A stretch of 56,564 bases of DNA, filler included, from Dugesia japonica (GCA_001938525.1; 5 parts of 5 records of this genome joined end to end with filler, not necessarily neighbours in it); one strand, 5' to 3'. Positions 25,491 through 38,310 are shown, counted from the whole stretch's first letter. Numbers and translations: made by a program. Notes: generated from the sequence alone by a model not told the origin.

Positions 25491-25835
25491 ATTATATATT
25501 TATTCATATGTATTTGTAATATACAAAACATACGTTATTTTAACAAAAGATCATTTATTTAAAAACATTAATACTAAGAAAATTATTTTACGTAATCAAA
25601 TGATATAATAAATTGATGAATGGTATTAAATGCTATGAACATCACCGAGCATACATTTTTCATAACGTGAGCATGCATTTACATTACTACACCATATTAC
25701 AAGGTTACTATACAAATTATGCACTTATAAATTCTATATACTCATAAACCTTATATATTCAAAAACACTATGAGTTCATAAAAATATCTACTTATAAGGT
25801 ATTTAAGGTATATAAGGTATACAGTAATTGTAAGT

Positions 25836-25858
25836 TATATATATATATATATATATAT
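25836..25858. repeat. (TA)n microsatellite
   Basis: About 11 units. Confidence 0.9.
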
Positions 25859-25913
25859 TGTTGTTTTATAACTAAAAGAAACTAAATAGACAAAATATAT
25901 TTTAAAAAACTGC

Positions 25914-26013
25914 NNNNNNNNNNNNNNNNNNNNNNNNNNNNNNNNNNNNNNNNNNNNTTAATTAATTAANNNNNNNNNNNNNNNNNNNNNNNNNNNNNNN
26001 NNNNNNNNNNNNN
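25914..26013. other. Artificial scaffold-joining spacer
   Basis: 44N-TTAATTAATTAA-44N. Confidence 0.95.
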
Positions 26014-26544
26014 CTTCTCGATTTTTCTTACTAGGGTCCCTTCTGGTGCCCAGGGCCAGAGATATCTGTAAAAAACAGATTTTTATCTAATTTTCCAAGA
26101 AATTTGTTTTAAAATTAATTAATTTTTTTGTATTAATTAATTATTTTTTATCATTGTTTTTCTGATTGTTTCTTGGGACTTATTAATCATTTTTAATTGT
26201 TGATTCATTCTGACTTCATTTCTTCCNNNNNNNNNNNNNNNNNNNNNNNNNNNNNNNNNNNNNNNNNNNNNNNNNNTTTTACATGTTTGTTTCTTTTTAT
26301 TGTGTCTTTCCTTGCTTTATTTTCTGCTTTAGGGGTGTTCCACCCCAACAATAATATAAATTTTATAAATATGGGTATGCCTTATTTAGCTATAATAAAT
26401 ATGAGTGTTAGTAAAGTAGCTAATGATTATATAAAAGAGAAATTTTAATTTTGATTAAATAAAAATGTCTCAGGGATTTTTTCATAAATAAAAATAAAAT
26501 ATGTTTATATGTTAATATGTTTTTATTCTGGAATAAAAATAAAA

Positions 26545-27280
26545 ATATGTTTAATAATAAAATCTTTCCTTCTAATTTTAGATTATTAATAATTGGATCT
26601 TCTGGCTCAGGTAAAAATGTTTTGTTAATGAAAATGTTATTAACTCCAGAGTTTTTAGATTATTATTATTAATTTATTCTACAACTATTAACCAATTTAA
26701 ATTACAATTGGTTTATTATGGTTTTGAAAAGGGATTAACAAAACAAGATATTATTTTTATTTTCGAACATCAAAATATAGTTCCTGATTTTTTTTTAACA
26801 CCTTTACAAGTTATCAAATGGTTTATAGAAAAAAGTATTTAACAAATAAACCAAGATCTATAAATATTATTTTAAGCAATCAATCAAATAGAATTATTCC
26901 TTGGGATAAATTATCTAAACAAAAAAGAATTTAATAATTTTTGATGATGTTGTAAATGTTAAAGATCAAGAAATTCAAAACAGTTATTTTACTAGAGGAA
27001 GACATGTAAATTGTAATATGATTTATATTTCTAAAACTTATTTTCATTTGGATAAAAAACTCTATTAGAAATAATTCTAATTGTTTTATATTTTTCAAAT
27101 TAAATAAAACAGATAAAGATAATGTTTATTATGATTTGTTTAGTAATATACTTTTTAGTAAAATGGAATATGATTATAATGTAAATTTACAATGGAAAAC
27201 AAAGTATAATTATTATTATTTAGATAGAGAAGCAGATGTTTTAATAGAAAATTTATTTGAAGAGGAGGTGAAAGAAGATT
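26545..27280 (+). pseudogene. Polinton A32/FtsK-like DNA packaging ATPase
   Basis: FRLLIIGSSGSGKN (Walker A), LIIFDDV (Walker B), YFTRGRHVNCNMIYISKTYF, IRNNSNCFIFF. Frameshifted. Confidence 0.9.
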
Positions 27281-27387
27281 AGAGAAGATTAGAGAGGATT
27301 TGAAAGAGGTATTGAAAGAGTTAAAAGAGGATTTGAATTTAGATACTAAACATCAATAAGAATATTTTTATTATTTTTTTAAATAAA

Positions 27388-27900
27388 ATGTCTTCAGTTT
27401 CAGAACAAGAATTAATTGATTTGATAAATTCAAATAAATGCAAATCTGTCAAAATTAATTATTAAAAACTATTGGATTGGTAATAAAGTTAAAGAAGAAA
27501 TACACAATGAAATTAGGTAGATTTGGTTTCCTTGTTGCAATTCCAGTTATAATTGCTGGTTTCGCATCAACAGCTGGTATTGCAACTGGAATAGCATCAA
27601 CTTTGCGTAATTCTAGAGATGCAATTAAAAAACAAAAAGAAACTGAATTAGTTCAATTACAGAAAAAAGAAAAATTAATTCAAATAGAAAAATTAGAAAA
27701 ATAAGGTTCAGATAAAACTAGTTCTAGATCTGGATTATATGGGACCGGTTGGGATTTAAAACCTTATCAAGGAATTGCAATTCATAAATATTTAAAAAAT
27801 AGTTTACCAAATTCAGAATTAAAGATGATTACTAAAAACTTTAAAAATGGAGTACAAATAAAACCTAGTGGTGATTGTTTATATTTTAAACTTTGTGAAA
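27388..27900 (+). pseudogene. Polinton small virion protein with adenovirus pX-like hydrophobic segment
   Basis: FGFLVAIPVIIAGFASTAGIATGIASTL, then a charged helix, then SGLYGTGWDLKPY. Resembles the GGFLP-IPI-AG...GLYLKPY adintovirus ORF. Confidence 0.6.
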
Positions 27901-28630
27901 ATGGATAATGAAGAAATATTGGCAGGAATAAAACTTTTAAAAGATTTAATTAAAGCTCAAGATGATTATAATAATTTATTAACTGGAAATGCCATTGAAT
28001 CAAAACTTTACAAGATACTTTAACCTTTGAACAACAACCTACTATTAAAGCTATTGAAAAGTTAAGTACAAAACCTATAAACCATTTTAGAAATAGAAAA
28101 CCATTCTTTCCTAAACTTAATTTAAATGTTGATAATTTATCTTAAACAATTATACCCATATTTGAAATAGAAGTTATTAATAATAAAAACTTTCAAAAGT
28201 TAATTTACCCACATAAAGAAATATATTTATTTGAAGAAAGTGATGGAAATAAATACTTTTTAACAAAAGAAGAACTAATACTTTATTCTGAAGAAGTAAT
28301 GAATTTAATTTTAGGAAATGGAAGTAATGATCCTGAAGCTAAAGATATTTATTTAAATAAATTAAATATTAAAATCCCTACTACATCTAATTATTATAAA
28401 TTTTTAACTGGGAAAAAATCTTTTAAAATACCTAAGCTTACAAAAGAAGTTCCCATAGAAGAAATCCAAGAAGATATTATTAAAGGTGAAGGTATTGACT
28501 TTACTTCAAACTCAGCTTCAAACCCAAATAATTAATACAAAGAAATTAAATCTGTTTGTAAAGAATTATTAAACCAAGAATTATTTACCAAAGAAAAATA
28601 TAATGTTTATAAAAATAAATACTTTTCATT
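27901..28630 (+). pseudogene. Decayed Polinton hypothetical protein
   Basis: Starts MDNEEILAGIKLLK directly after the previous ORF and ends KGEG...NPNN..EIKSVCKELL. Tightly packed in a co-oriented cluster. Confidence 0.45.
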
Positions 28631-28648
28631 ATGATAATCCTAAATAAA

Positions 28649-28760
28649 ATGTCTCATCAATTTTTAGTTGTTGGTAAAGAATCTAATTTACAAGTTGATT
28701 CAAGATTTCCAATAAAATTAGATTCTGATTGTAAAATGGAATTATTATGTTTTATTTGTT
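28649..28760 (+). pseudogene. N-terminus of Polinton minor capsid (penton), truncated
   Basis: MSHQFLVVGKESNLQVDSRFPIKLDSDCKMEL resembles the penton start (S-L..F..PI.L...E.AL). Confidence 0.5.
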
Positions 28761-28789
28761 ATAATATAATTTTTAATGTTATATAATTT

Positions 28790-29505
28790 TTAAGCGTAAG
28801 AGCAACAGACATGAAAATATGTGAAATATGGTTTCGTAGATTTAATGAGGACGATACCAGTCTGGAAGACAAATCACGTTTTGAAGGCCACCGGTCCTGA
28901 TAAATTATTCTTTGTTGCAAAGTATTTAACAGCGAACAGTCACTCGCATACTGGCTATTCAACTTGAGACGTTTCAATCAACCATTGTTCGGCACCTTCA
29001 CGAACTTGGTTTTGCAAATAAGAAATCCAGATTTGTTTGACATGAACTTTCTGATCAACAAGCAAAAAAGAGAGAAGAAATTTGCAAGAAATTGTTGGAC
29101 AAACCAAAAGATAACAGGTTCTGGAGACGAATTATAACTGGCGATGAAAAGTGGATTTATCTCAGAAATCCTATTATCAAAAGGCAGTGGCTTCAGTCAA
29201 TTCAGAAGGCATCATTGGTAGCTAAAAAGGGAAGGTTCGAACACAAGGTGATTTTATCCATATGTTGGAATTTAGAAAGTCCTGTATTATGAGAGTTAAT
29301 TTAAGAAAGCCGAGCTGTGGATAGAAACATGTAAGCTAAACAATTGAAATGTCTTTATGATGATATGGTCACTCGTTATCCAGGTTTAATAAATAGAAAA
29401 CGTGTAATTCTGCAGCAAGATAATGCTCCAGCCCATAACTCTAAAGTGATAAAGTCTAAGTTAGAATAGCTCAATAGAATCGAACTACTACCTCATTCAG
29501 CTTAG
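28790..29505 (+). mobile_element. Decayed mariner transposase, TIRs lost
   Basis: WFRRF..LEDKSR, FV*HEL (WVPHEL), RIITGDEKWI, VILQQDNAPAH, LLPHSA. Confidence 0.9.
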
Positions 29506-29539
29506 GAATTGAATTATCTAACTGATTATAAATAAAATC

Positions 29540-30420
29540 ATAAATTACTTCTTTTGCATATTCTAAAATAGTAAAACTTATATATGGAAATATATTATAT
29601 TTTAATTTTGTTTGTCTTAAATGAATTGCTGCTGTTTGAGCTTATCCTGTTTCACTGCATGTAAATATTTTGCTAGATCTAAAGTTTATTTTAGAAGCAA
29701 ACTTTTGATAATCTTCGTCAGTTCCAACTATTTCTACTTTACATCTTTTTCTTATATCTTCTAATGTCTTTCCATAAAATGCATTGTTAAGTAATTTAAA
29801 GAAATAATCTCCAAAAACATCATTATTTCCTTTTGATATATTTCTTTGGTTAATATTAAATTCAATATAATCTTTAAACCAAGGTTTTGTTGGCATTTTA
29901 TATTTACTATGAATTATTTTTATTTTCATTCCTAAAGATAAATACAAATCTAAAGTACTTCCCAAAACAATATAATTTTGTTTATCAAATTGATTTAAAG
30001 TTAATTTAATATTTGTCTAATAATTCTCTGAAAAATAAATGATTATCATAATCTGTAGCATTATGAAAATAAAAAGGTATAAATAAATCTCTAATTGATT
30101 TATCTTCTAAATTACCAATTTTATGAGCATATCCTCTCAAATTTCCATTAAAATGATCATGATCAATAACTAGATTTTCAGTTATATCTTTATTACAATA
30201 TCTACATTTTTGATTTGTAAATTTAGGATGGTTTGTTCCTCTATAAAATTCAATTAATTTATTTACTTTTACATCAATTAATTTATTATTAATTTCTTCT
30301 AAAAATTCAAAGAATTGTTCATGAATGGTTTCTTCACAAAATACTTTATATTCATTTTGAGTTAAATGCTGATATTTACTTTTGATGTAAATTCCAAGAG
30401 ATAATGGTTTTTTTATTTAT
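29540..30420 (-). pseudogene. polB: Third pPolB fragment (divergent family), internally deleted
   Basis: CRYCNK..IDHDHFNGNLRGYAH, then LYLSLGMKIKIIH..PWFKDYIEFN..FFKLLNNAFYGKTLEDIRKR. Confidence 0.88.
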
Positions 30421-30559
30421 AATTGTATTTATGAGAAAATAATTATTATTTAATAATTTTGAGCCAATAGAAATTGAGTTAATTATGGATAAAGATTTTA
30501 AAGCTACTATTCAATTATCATTTCTCTTATTAAATTTAGAGTTGAAGTAGAAAAATAAA

Positions 30560-30745
30560 TAATACATAAATTATTATGTCATGCAGGAGTTGAAAATGTG
30601 TACGAATATATGAGAAACAAATATATTGCGAAGAATCTGGGGACTCAAGTATATAAGACAGTTCGTAGTTGTGGAATTTGTCAGAAGACCAAAGTAGTGA
30701 CAACAGCAACTAGAGAAAAGACAAAGAGATTAGAAGCTACCAATT
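30560..30745 (+). pseudogene. Gypsy integrase HHCC zinc-binding fragment
   Basis: IHKLLCHAGVENVYEYM...VRSCGICQKTK. Confidence 0.8.
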
Positions 30746-30789
30746 AAATAATTTTACGTCCTTCTTCAATTTTCGATTCAATCACGATG

Positions 30790-31560
30790 CTTTTGCAACT
30801 TTCCGATATGCCTTACACTTTCACATGCGTAGCATGTAGGAGGCTTTCTTTCTGGGCACTCCCGACTTATGTGTTCCAATTTTTGACAGTTCTAACATTC
30901 TACTTTCTCTTTTCTGGACTCTCTTCTGGTATTTGACCNTTTGTAGGTTGATTCCTGCATCCTTGGTACCGCTCTTTTTGGTTCCGTGTATAATGCCTCC
31001 TTGTAGCTACGCATCACGGTTATTTCTTTTGCCTTTTTGGCAATTCTTGAAACGTCTCTGATTATTTCTTTTATTTCTTCCGGTTCGGAAACTTTTTACA
31101 TCAGAATCTCTTTCTGTGTCGTTGCGCTTATCAGGAGTGCTGATATTAAAAACTCTTTTAACAGATTATGGCTAAGCAGTTTATCTGCCAGTTTTTCTAC
31201 ATTGTGGAAGAATAACTCTTTATCGGTATCACCCTGCCTGAAACGAATGAATTCTTCTAGGTCTTCAAAAACGTCTCTCAGTCTTTCCACCAGCAGTCGT
31301 AGCCTAGCTTCATACTTCTTTATTTTGTTCTCTGATGCTTCATATCTTTCTTCAAAATTCGGGTAAATCATCTTACCGATTATAATCTCTTTTAAATCTT
31401 TATAAATTTTGACTGCTTTGAAAAATCGACCAACCTCCCTCAAGAATCTGTCAAGATTGTCACCTAACCTGAAAGGTCTCGGGCGTAACAAATCTGTTAC
31501 TATGTTTGAGCTTGGCGTGGTCACCATATTAGCGAGAAAAACGTTATCCTCATCAAACAT
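30790..31560 (-). pseudogene. gag: Ty3/gypsy gag remnant with two CCHC knuckles
   Basis: RPRPFRLGDNLDRFL...FRQGD; EC*NCQKLEHISREC and TCYACESVRHI. Same family as 53271-54450. Confidence 0.8.
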
Positions 31561-31949
31561 TTATTTAAGACAAAGTTTCTATAAATTGAAAAACTGAATT
31601 AGAATAGTTTTAATATTCAAACAAATTAGTTCGTTATATAAACGCATTCTCCGACTCTCGGTGATTTGGATGCTGAAATTGATAGAGATTGGTCGAATTA
31701 TCGAGACGGCCTGTTGTAGGAGACCGATNNNNNNNNNNNNNNNNNNNNNNNNNNNNNNNNNNNNNNNNNNNNNNNNNNNNNNNNNNNNNNNNNNNNNNNN
31801 NNNNNNNNNNNNNNNNNNNNNNNNNNNNNNNNNNNNNNNNNNNNNNNNNNNNNNNNNNNNNNNNNNNNNNNNNNNNNNNNNNNNNNNNNNNNNNNNNNNN
31901 NNNNNNNNNNNNNNNNNNNNNNNNNNNNNNNNNNNNNNNNNNNNNNNNN

Positions 31950-34900
31950 AAATATTATTATCGCATTCATTAATTGACTACTTTTAACTACTTTTATCTA
32001 CTGATTGATACTCCTTATTACTAATTACTACACTACGATACATTANNNNNNNNNATTTCTATTACTTTAGCAGCGTATTTACGTACTTTACTTTTATTAC
32101 TCATTCATTTATTATACATAAGCAGCAATTTTATTCGATTCTGTCTACTGAAATACCCACTTCAATATTTATTGTTCTGGGACAACTCCACTCAGATTAG
32201 TGATTCCAATTATAATTTATATAGTTTAACAACTTACAACATTCCCATACTGATTTGTCTGGGACTTTTCAGATGTGCCTTNGACACATTACTCCACTAA
32301 ACAGAACATTTCCACCTGCTCTTGGCAATTTGTCTTCAGGACAACTTTCGCAAATTTATCAATACCCAATTTATCTTCCTTTCATTTCCCATAGTAGAAC
32401 ACTCCAGCCGGTTCTTGTCAATTTATCTTCCAAATAAACTTTTTACTAATTGACGATTAATTCAATTCGACTCCTTTTTTCACGTTAGGGCAATCCCACC
32501 TGCCCCTGGTAGTTTATCCTCCGGATAAACTTTTAATATCAATTATTAATTACTTAAATTTAATCCAACCTTCATTTTGAAACAATTCCGCCTGTTCCTG
32601 GCAGTTTATACCCTTGATAAACTTTCACAACTAATCAATGATTCCATTATCTCCATTTTACATTTAATCATTTTGATACCACTCATATCTCTTCGATTCG
32701 TTTTCATTTGCTAATAATTTTGACTATACCTTTTCTTTCACCACTTCACATTAGTACCCCTCAATATCTACAATGGAACTCTTGCGCCGGTTCCTGGNAA
32801 ATTTCCTTGGGAAATTTTGTAAGTTCAAAGCTCTTCTCCCATAATAAGTATCAATAAACTTCTCCCCAACTTATTCATTTTAACCACACTCTCGGACAGT
32901 TTTCATTACTTCTCCAAACTTAACAATACCCTCGGATATTTTTATTATTTCTCTCACTCAAACTATACACTTGGATAGTTTCATTATTTCCGACTAGATC
33001 TACCCTAGTTCTCTTTTCAGTGCCCAACCAACAAAGTATCCGGAACGAATTACTGGTAATTAACTCACTACTCCAATATTTGTTTCAATATATTTCATTT
33101 AATTCTGTTATCTTTTTCCTCCAAATAGATTTAGACCTTTCCAGACTAGTTTATTTGCTTTGAACACTCTTTATGCAGCCGGTAGTCTATTTTTTCAGCT
33201 CCAGCTGGGCGACAATTTCGATCCTCAATTAACAATAAAACTGTAATATTCCAATGATTGAGTCAGTTGACAGTCTATTTCGGTTCAGCTTCAACCGCTC
33301 GCTAATGTGAAGGTTTTCAGTCAGAATCCCATGATCCAGCTAATGTGCAACTACGACGCTACCCGCGATTGCATTACCAAAATAATTTTCCAAAATAAAC
33401 AACGCTACTGATGCCACACTTGGACTAACTAATGTACCATCTTGTCAACACTGAGTCCTCCGATCGCAAGATACCACGGACAACTTGCGGTCTTGTCCTA
33501 CCAGGATTTCTCACCCTCAAATCTAAAACTCTGTATAGCTACGGGTAGTGAGCTGTAGGGAGTGAGTGTCATGGCGCACTCACGCCAACCGAACGCCATA
33601 AGTGGTCAACTTAATAGATGCGATACTCGTTGCCGGCTCCTACGTTGATTCTGCTAGAATTCCTGAGTTCATCTCTCCTGGATTAAACTCCATTCTCCCG
33701 GCGTGGAAATCAGACAAAGTATCCAATTTCCGAGATCGGTACTCCTTATTCGAAGCGTCGAAGCTCGAAGTCCGTCCCAGCATATCCACGGAAGATCTTC
33801 CACTTCACTAAATACTTCGAAGATTCCCGTCCCTCGGTCAATAACAATTTCAATCATTTCAGTCATTAGACGATCATTACAGCTGTACCTTCAAAGTTGA
33901 TCAGGCCTCTAGTTCCAGCTTACTAATCGCGGGCCCTATTTTCCAAAATGACATCCACCATTACGACATATTTTTCTTGGGTGCTTTCACATATATATGG
34001 TTACGCTCGAAATTGTCTCTCTCCACATTATCACAATAAAATTCTCCAACAACATTTAAATCGAACTTCTACATTATTTATCTCATATGAAACCCTAAAT
34101 TAATTCATACTTGATAACAAATTCCTTTTAACATTTTATTCCAATAATATTCGAATTGCTAGCCTATTGTTTCAAATGACTCCGTAACCATAGAACCCCA
34201 CTGTTACACCTCGCCCCCATCTCGTTCATTTGTCGATCGAATTCACGGTTACCACTCACCTGGGTGGCCTCCCTGTGTTGACTGTCCGATACCCCTCCTG
34301 CAATTCTTGATAAGGTATAGCAATTCCTTCTCCGTATAGATTCATTGATTAACTCCATTATATTTTCAACTAATTTGTCGCCTCTACTTCTCTCTAAATT
34401 TAGGAATTTCTTTTCAATATCCTCTCATTATAAATTACTCTTGTTGCTTTCAGTTACTTCTACTCCACTGCTTGCATAATATCGTTATCGTAAATTATAT
34501 CTCGTCAATTTCATCGTCAGCATTTCTATTATCATTAATATTCGTTAATCATTTCCATCTCAATTATTATTGTGCATCTCCTTCTATCTACTTAAAACCA
34601 TCTCAATTGGTCTGCTTCATTATTGCACCACGCCAGGATACAGCTCGATCCATTAATTTATTCTCATTACGAATGATTTGACAACCTCACTGGAGGCTTG
34701 TATCTCCTGATTAGAAAATTGTATTTTGACATTCTACAATTATATCATGATGATTTATTTTAACCCTATTTCAATTAATATTTGGTTAATCTACTGCTCG
34801 TCTATTTTTGATTTATCATTATCCGTACCAATTCTCTTCATCTGATTTCTAATTCTAACAACATATTGTCACTTTTGATTCACTCGTTAGTTGCGGTATA

Positions 34901-36480
34901 GCAGTTTCACAGTCGCTTCATTTACTATACCAATACTGATTATTGATTTACTCACTCGGTACGTTCGCTTCTCGTTAAGTTTCCCTGCTGCTACCTACCT
35001 TTTAATACTCATTTAATATTTGATTCGACATTAATACAATTTAAAAAGCTGCTCCTGTAGAAGTATACACATCAAATGTCTATTGATTCACATCCAGTTT
35101 CTACTATTATGATTTTCGTAGACAACCGCCATGCGCGTCAATCCAATTTTCCGCTTTTAACTACAATCCTGCCGATTACTCAACAGATATTCCATGACCC
35201 ACTGCAACGATTTGGTTTTGATGTTTTACTCAAACTGCCCACCCTGAACATTGTTTACTTGTCGATCCATTCAATATGTGATGCTCGAATCGAGGCTCTT
35301 CGAATGAGAAGAGTATCGAGATTTTCTTTCTAATCTCACCACTATGCTCATTCGAAATCACTCCATCATCATCTTATCATTATTCGTTTATTTATTATAC
35401 TTTATTTAGTTTAATATTTATACACTCGTTGGATGCTCCATAACACATAATCCGGAGATGCATTTGGAACATTCATCTTTCTACACATTTATTTATCAAT
35501 TACTCCATCGATGTTTAATATTAGTCGATCTCAATACTCGGTGTGTGCAAGTTCTCCTGACCCACTCTCACCCACCAAGCATCCTCTCCTTATTATCATT
35601 ATCTCATTTTATATTTACATTAGCTGATGATCACGGTAAAATATTCTTGCTGTCTAATGAAAGATAGTCCAACTCCCCGAACTCTCTGTCATTAAGCAGC
35701 TTGTACATCTCACTTTATTTGTTGACGCTCATCATCATCTTTGCAGCATCACCAAAAGACACACACAATAGCTCGATGCCTGTGCCAATCGCGATACAAC
35801 AATTTTGACGTAACTTATTTACTCAATCTGTATCCTCGTATGAATTCAACTCGTATTCTTTCGCTGCACCTCTAATTACTCGAATTTATCGCTACTCATT
35901 GCACAAAATTTCAACTATGCTTTGCCTGTATCTTATTATGTTCCTATTTTCTGCGTGCATTTCGATTGTCTTCTATCATTGTTTATGTGAATACTTGCTA
36001 TGTTCCTAACTCTCTGCCTGTCTGTATCAACTAATATTATGTACTAAACCAACTCAATACTTCTACTGTACTTCTGTTTTATTTTAATAATTATTATTTA
36101 CGAGTGGATTTTAAGTTATCTATAATTACAAAAAAATAAAATTGAAATATCTAAATTACTCGACTTTCACTTTGTTTTAATTAGGTAATTTTAATCTATG
36201 ATACATAGATCGAATTTAAAATATTTATATAATATTAATACTATAAATCAATTAAAATATAAAATATCAGAGTATTTTCGGCAGTACCATCATGATTTTA
36301 TTTTTAACAAGAGTATTACTAAAATCATTACCCAAGAATTCGGTTCTAATCACGTTATTTATTAAAACTTATTCAAATTTTACTAAACTGTATTTATTAA
36401 AGCCGTTTACTAAAATCATTTACTGCAAGTTATTATGAAAATTTACTGACCGAACAATAATAATAATAAAATAAATTATT
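31950..36480 (-). mobile_element. Very old, decayed Ty3/gypsy-like element
   Basis: Relics in order on the minus strand: PBS-like TGGTACTGCCG (~36280-36289), protease-like DVYTSTGAA (~35050), RT-like stretch (33650-33950), LTRWY (RNase H end, ~33440) and KLSPSW (GPY/F, ~33145). Strong purine skew. Confidence 0.5.
32310..32820 (-). repeat. Imperfect ~92-bp tandem repeat (coding-like, KVYPEDKLPGAGG unit)
   Basis: Cores CC(A/G)CCTG-TC-TGG-A-TTTATC at ~32312, 32404, 32497, 32588 and 32784. Confidence 0.65.
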
Positions 36481-36597
36481 AATTNNNNNNNNNNNNNNNN
36501 NNNNNNNNNNNNNNNNNNNNNNNNNNNNNNNNNNNNNNNNNNNNNNNNNNNNNNNNNNNNNNNNNNNNNNNNATGATCCGAGTGCCCGCATAAAATT

Positions 36598-37454
36598 TAA
36601 GGAATTCATCAGTATTTAGAAAATTTAATTTTCCTATTAAGCCAAATCGATAATCGTGCTCTCAAAAACCACTTAATTTATAATTTAACACCTGAAACTT
36701 TTGATATTTATCACATTCTGCTACAATTTTATCCATTTTCAAAATTTCAATTTTTTCAAATAATCATTTATTTCGTAAATCCGATTCAATTCCGACATCA
36801 TTTCATCAATTAGCAAAATTTCTCACTTCTAAATAATCATTTATTTTCATGATTCCTATTTCACACCAATTTAAAGAAACAATTTTACATTTTATTCCTC
36901 TCAATTCATTGATCAGCTTCTTTCCATCATAACTATTCGTTTCATTATTTTATTTCACATTCATTTGATGATTGGGGACTAGTAGATAGATCCTGGCGCA
37001 CTGTATCACCCCTCCCCCCCNNNNNNNNNNNNNNNNNNNNNNNNNNNNNNNNNNNNNNNNNNNNNNNNNNTAAGGAATTCATCAGTATTTAGAAAATTTA
37101 ATTTTCCTATTAAGCCAAATCGATAATCGTGCTCTCGAAAACCAATTAATTTATAATTTAACATATGAAATTTTTTATATTTATCACATTCTGCTACAAT
37201 TTTATCCATTTTCAAAATTTCAATTTTTTCAAATAATCATTTATTTCGTAAATCCGATTCAATTCCGACATCATTTCATCAATTAGCAAAATTTCTCACT
37301 TCTAAATAATCATTTATTTTCATGATTCCTATTTCACACTAATTTAAAGAAACAATTTTACATTTTATTCCTCTCAATTCATTGATCAGCTTCTTTCCAT
37401 CATAACCATTCGTTTCATTATTTTATTTCATATTCATTTGGTGATTGGGGACTA
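36598..37454. repeat. ~384-bp near-identical direct duplication flanking a gap
   Basis: 36598-36981 vs 37071-37454 differ only at a few positions. Confidence 0.92.
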
Positions 37455-37491
37455 TTTATTCATTTAATACAGATTTTATTTGAAACAGAGA

Positions 37492-37509
37492 ATCCCGGCT
37501 GAGCCCCCA
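37492..37509 (-). promoter_or_regulatory. tRNA-Pro primer-binding site of an LTR element (putative LTR at ~37512-37883)
   Basis: Minus strand TGGGGGCTCAGCCGGGAT, a 16/18 match to the canonical PBS-Pro TGGGGGCTCGTCCGGGAT. Confidence 0.8.
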
Positions 37510-37883
37510 AAACACTTATTGGGTTTTTAGGATTTTGAATATCTGAGTTTAATATCTGCACACTTCATATTTGATTATCTCCATAACTAAATAATTCCGA
37601 TAACTTTCGTCTAGGGGCATACCTAAAAACCACAAGCATTTAGTCACCTCTGTGACATGCCCCTCTTTTCCGCGGGTTCAACGCGACTTTGTGGTATCGC
37701 GTCTTACGTTTATTTTCAGGAATCCCAATTACCACTCACTTATTGGCTTATGATTCGTTGTCATTAAAAATCTAAATCGATCATATCGTTTTCCAATATT
37801 ACCTTACAACATACTCGGATTTCACCATCAATGTTAAATATTAACAGTTACAATGGCGAATAATAAAATTGGAACTCATTTAT

Positions 37884-37983
37884 NNNNNNNNNNNNNNNNN
37901 NNNNNNNNNNNNNNNNNNNNNNNNNNNTTAATTAATTAANNNNNNNNNNNNNNNNNNNNNNNNNNNNNNNNNNNNNNNNNNNN
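37884..37983. other. Artificial scaffold-joining spacer
   Basis: 44N-TTAATTAATTAA-44N. Confidence 0.95.
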
Positions 37984-38310
37984 TTTTGCGTCAACACACT
38001 AAATTTTCAATCAAACATATAGAATTGTAGCACATTAATTACATCCAATCTATATGTCTAATTTATTTAACATACTTAATTAATCAATTAATTAAATAAT
38101 NAATTAAATCAATCATATCCTCTACCAATTATTTTGGATCTTAATGTATTAAATGAACTCAAAAATTTAAATAGATATAAAAACCACTAAAATTATAAAC
38201 AGCTGCAAGCAATTTCTTTTATGTATTGATTTTGATTATTTTTCGTATTACAGATTATAATTTTAATGTAATGTATGTATGGAATAAAATAATGTATGTA
38301 TTTATAAAAA

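Noticed and set aside
31661-31987. ORFs dominated by X, also at 7048-7370, 20610-20830 and 42071-42253
   Set aside because: Open only because they run through N gaps.
32310-32820. CRISPR-like repeat-spacer array
   Set aside because: Repeats are degenerate, the context is a eukaryotic retroelement, and no cas genes are present.
37491-37509. tRNA-Pro gene
   Set aside because: Only the 3' 18-19 nt including CCA match and there is no cloverleaf. This is a PBS.
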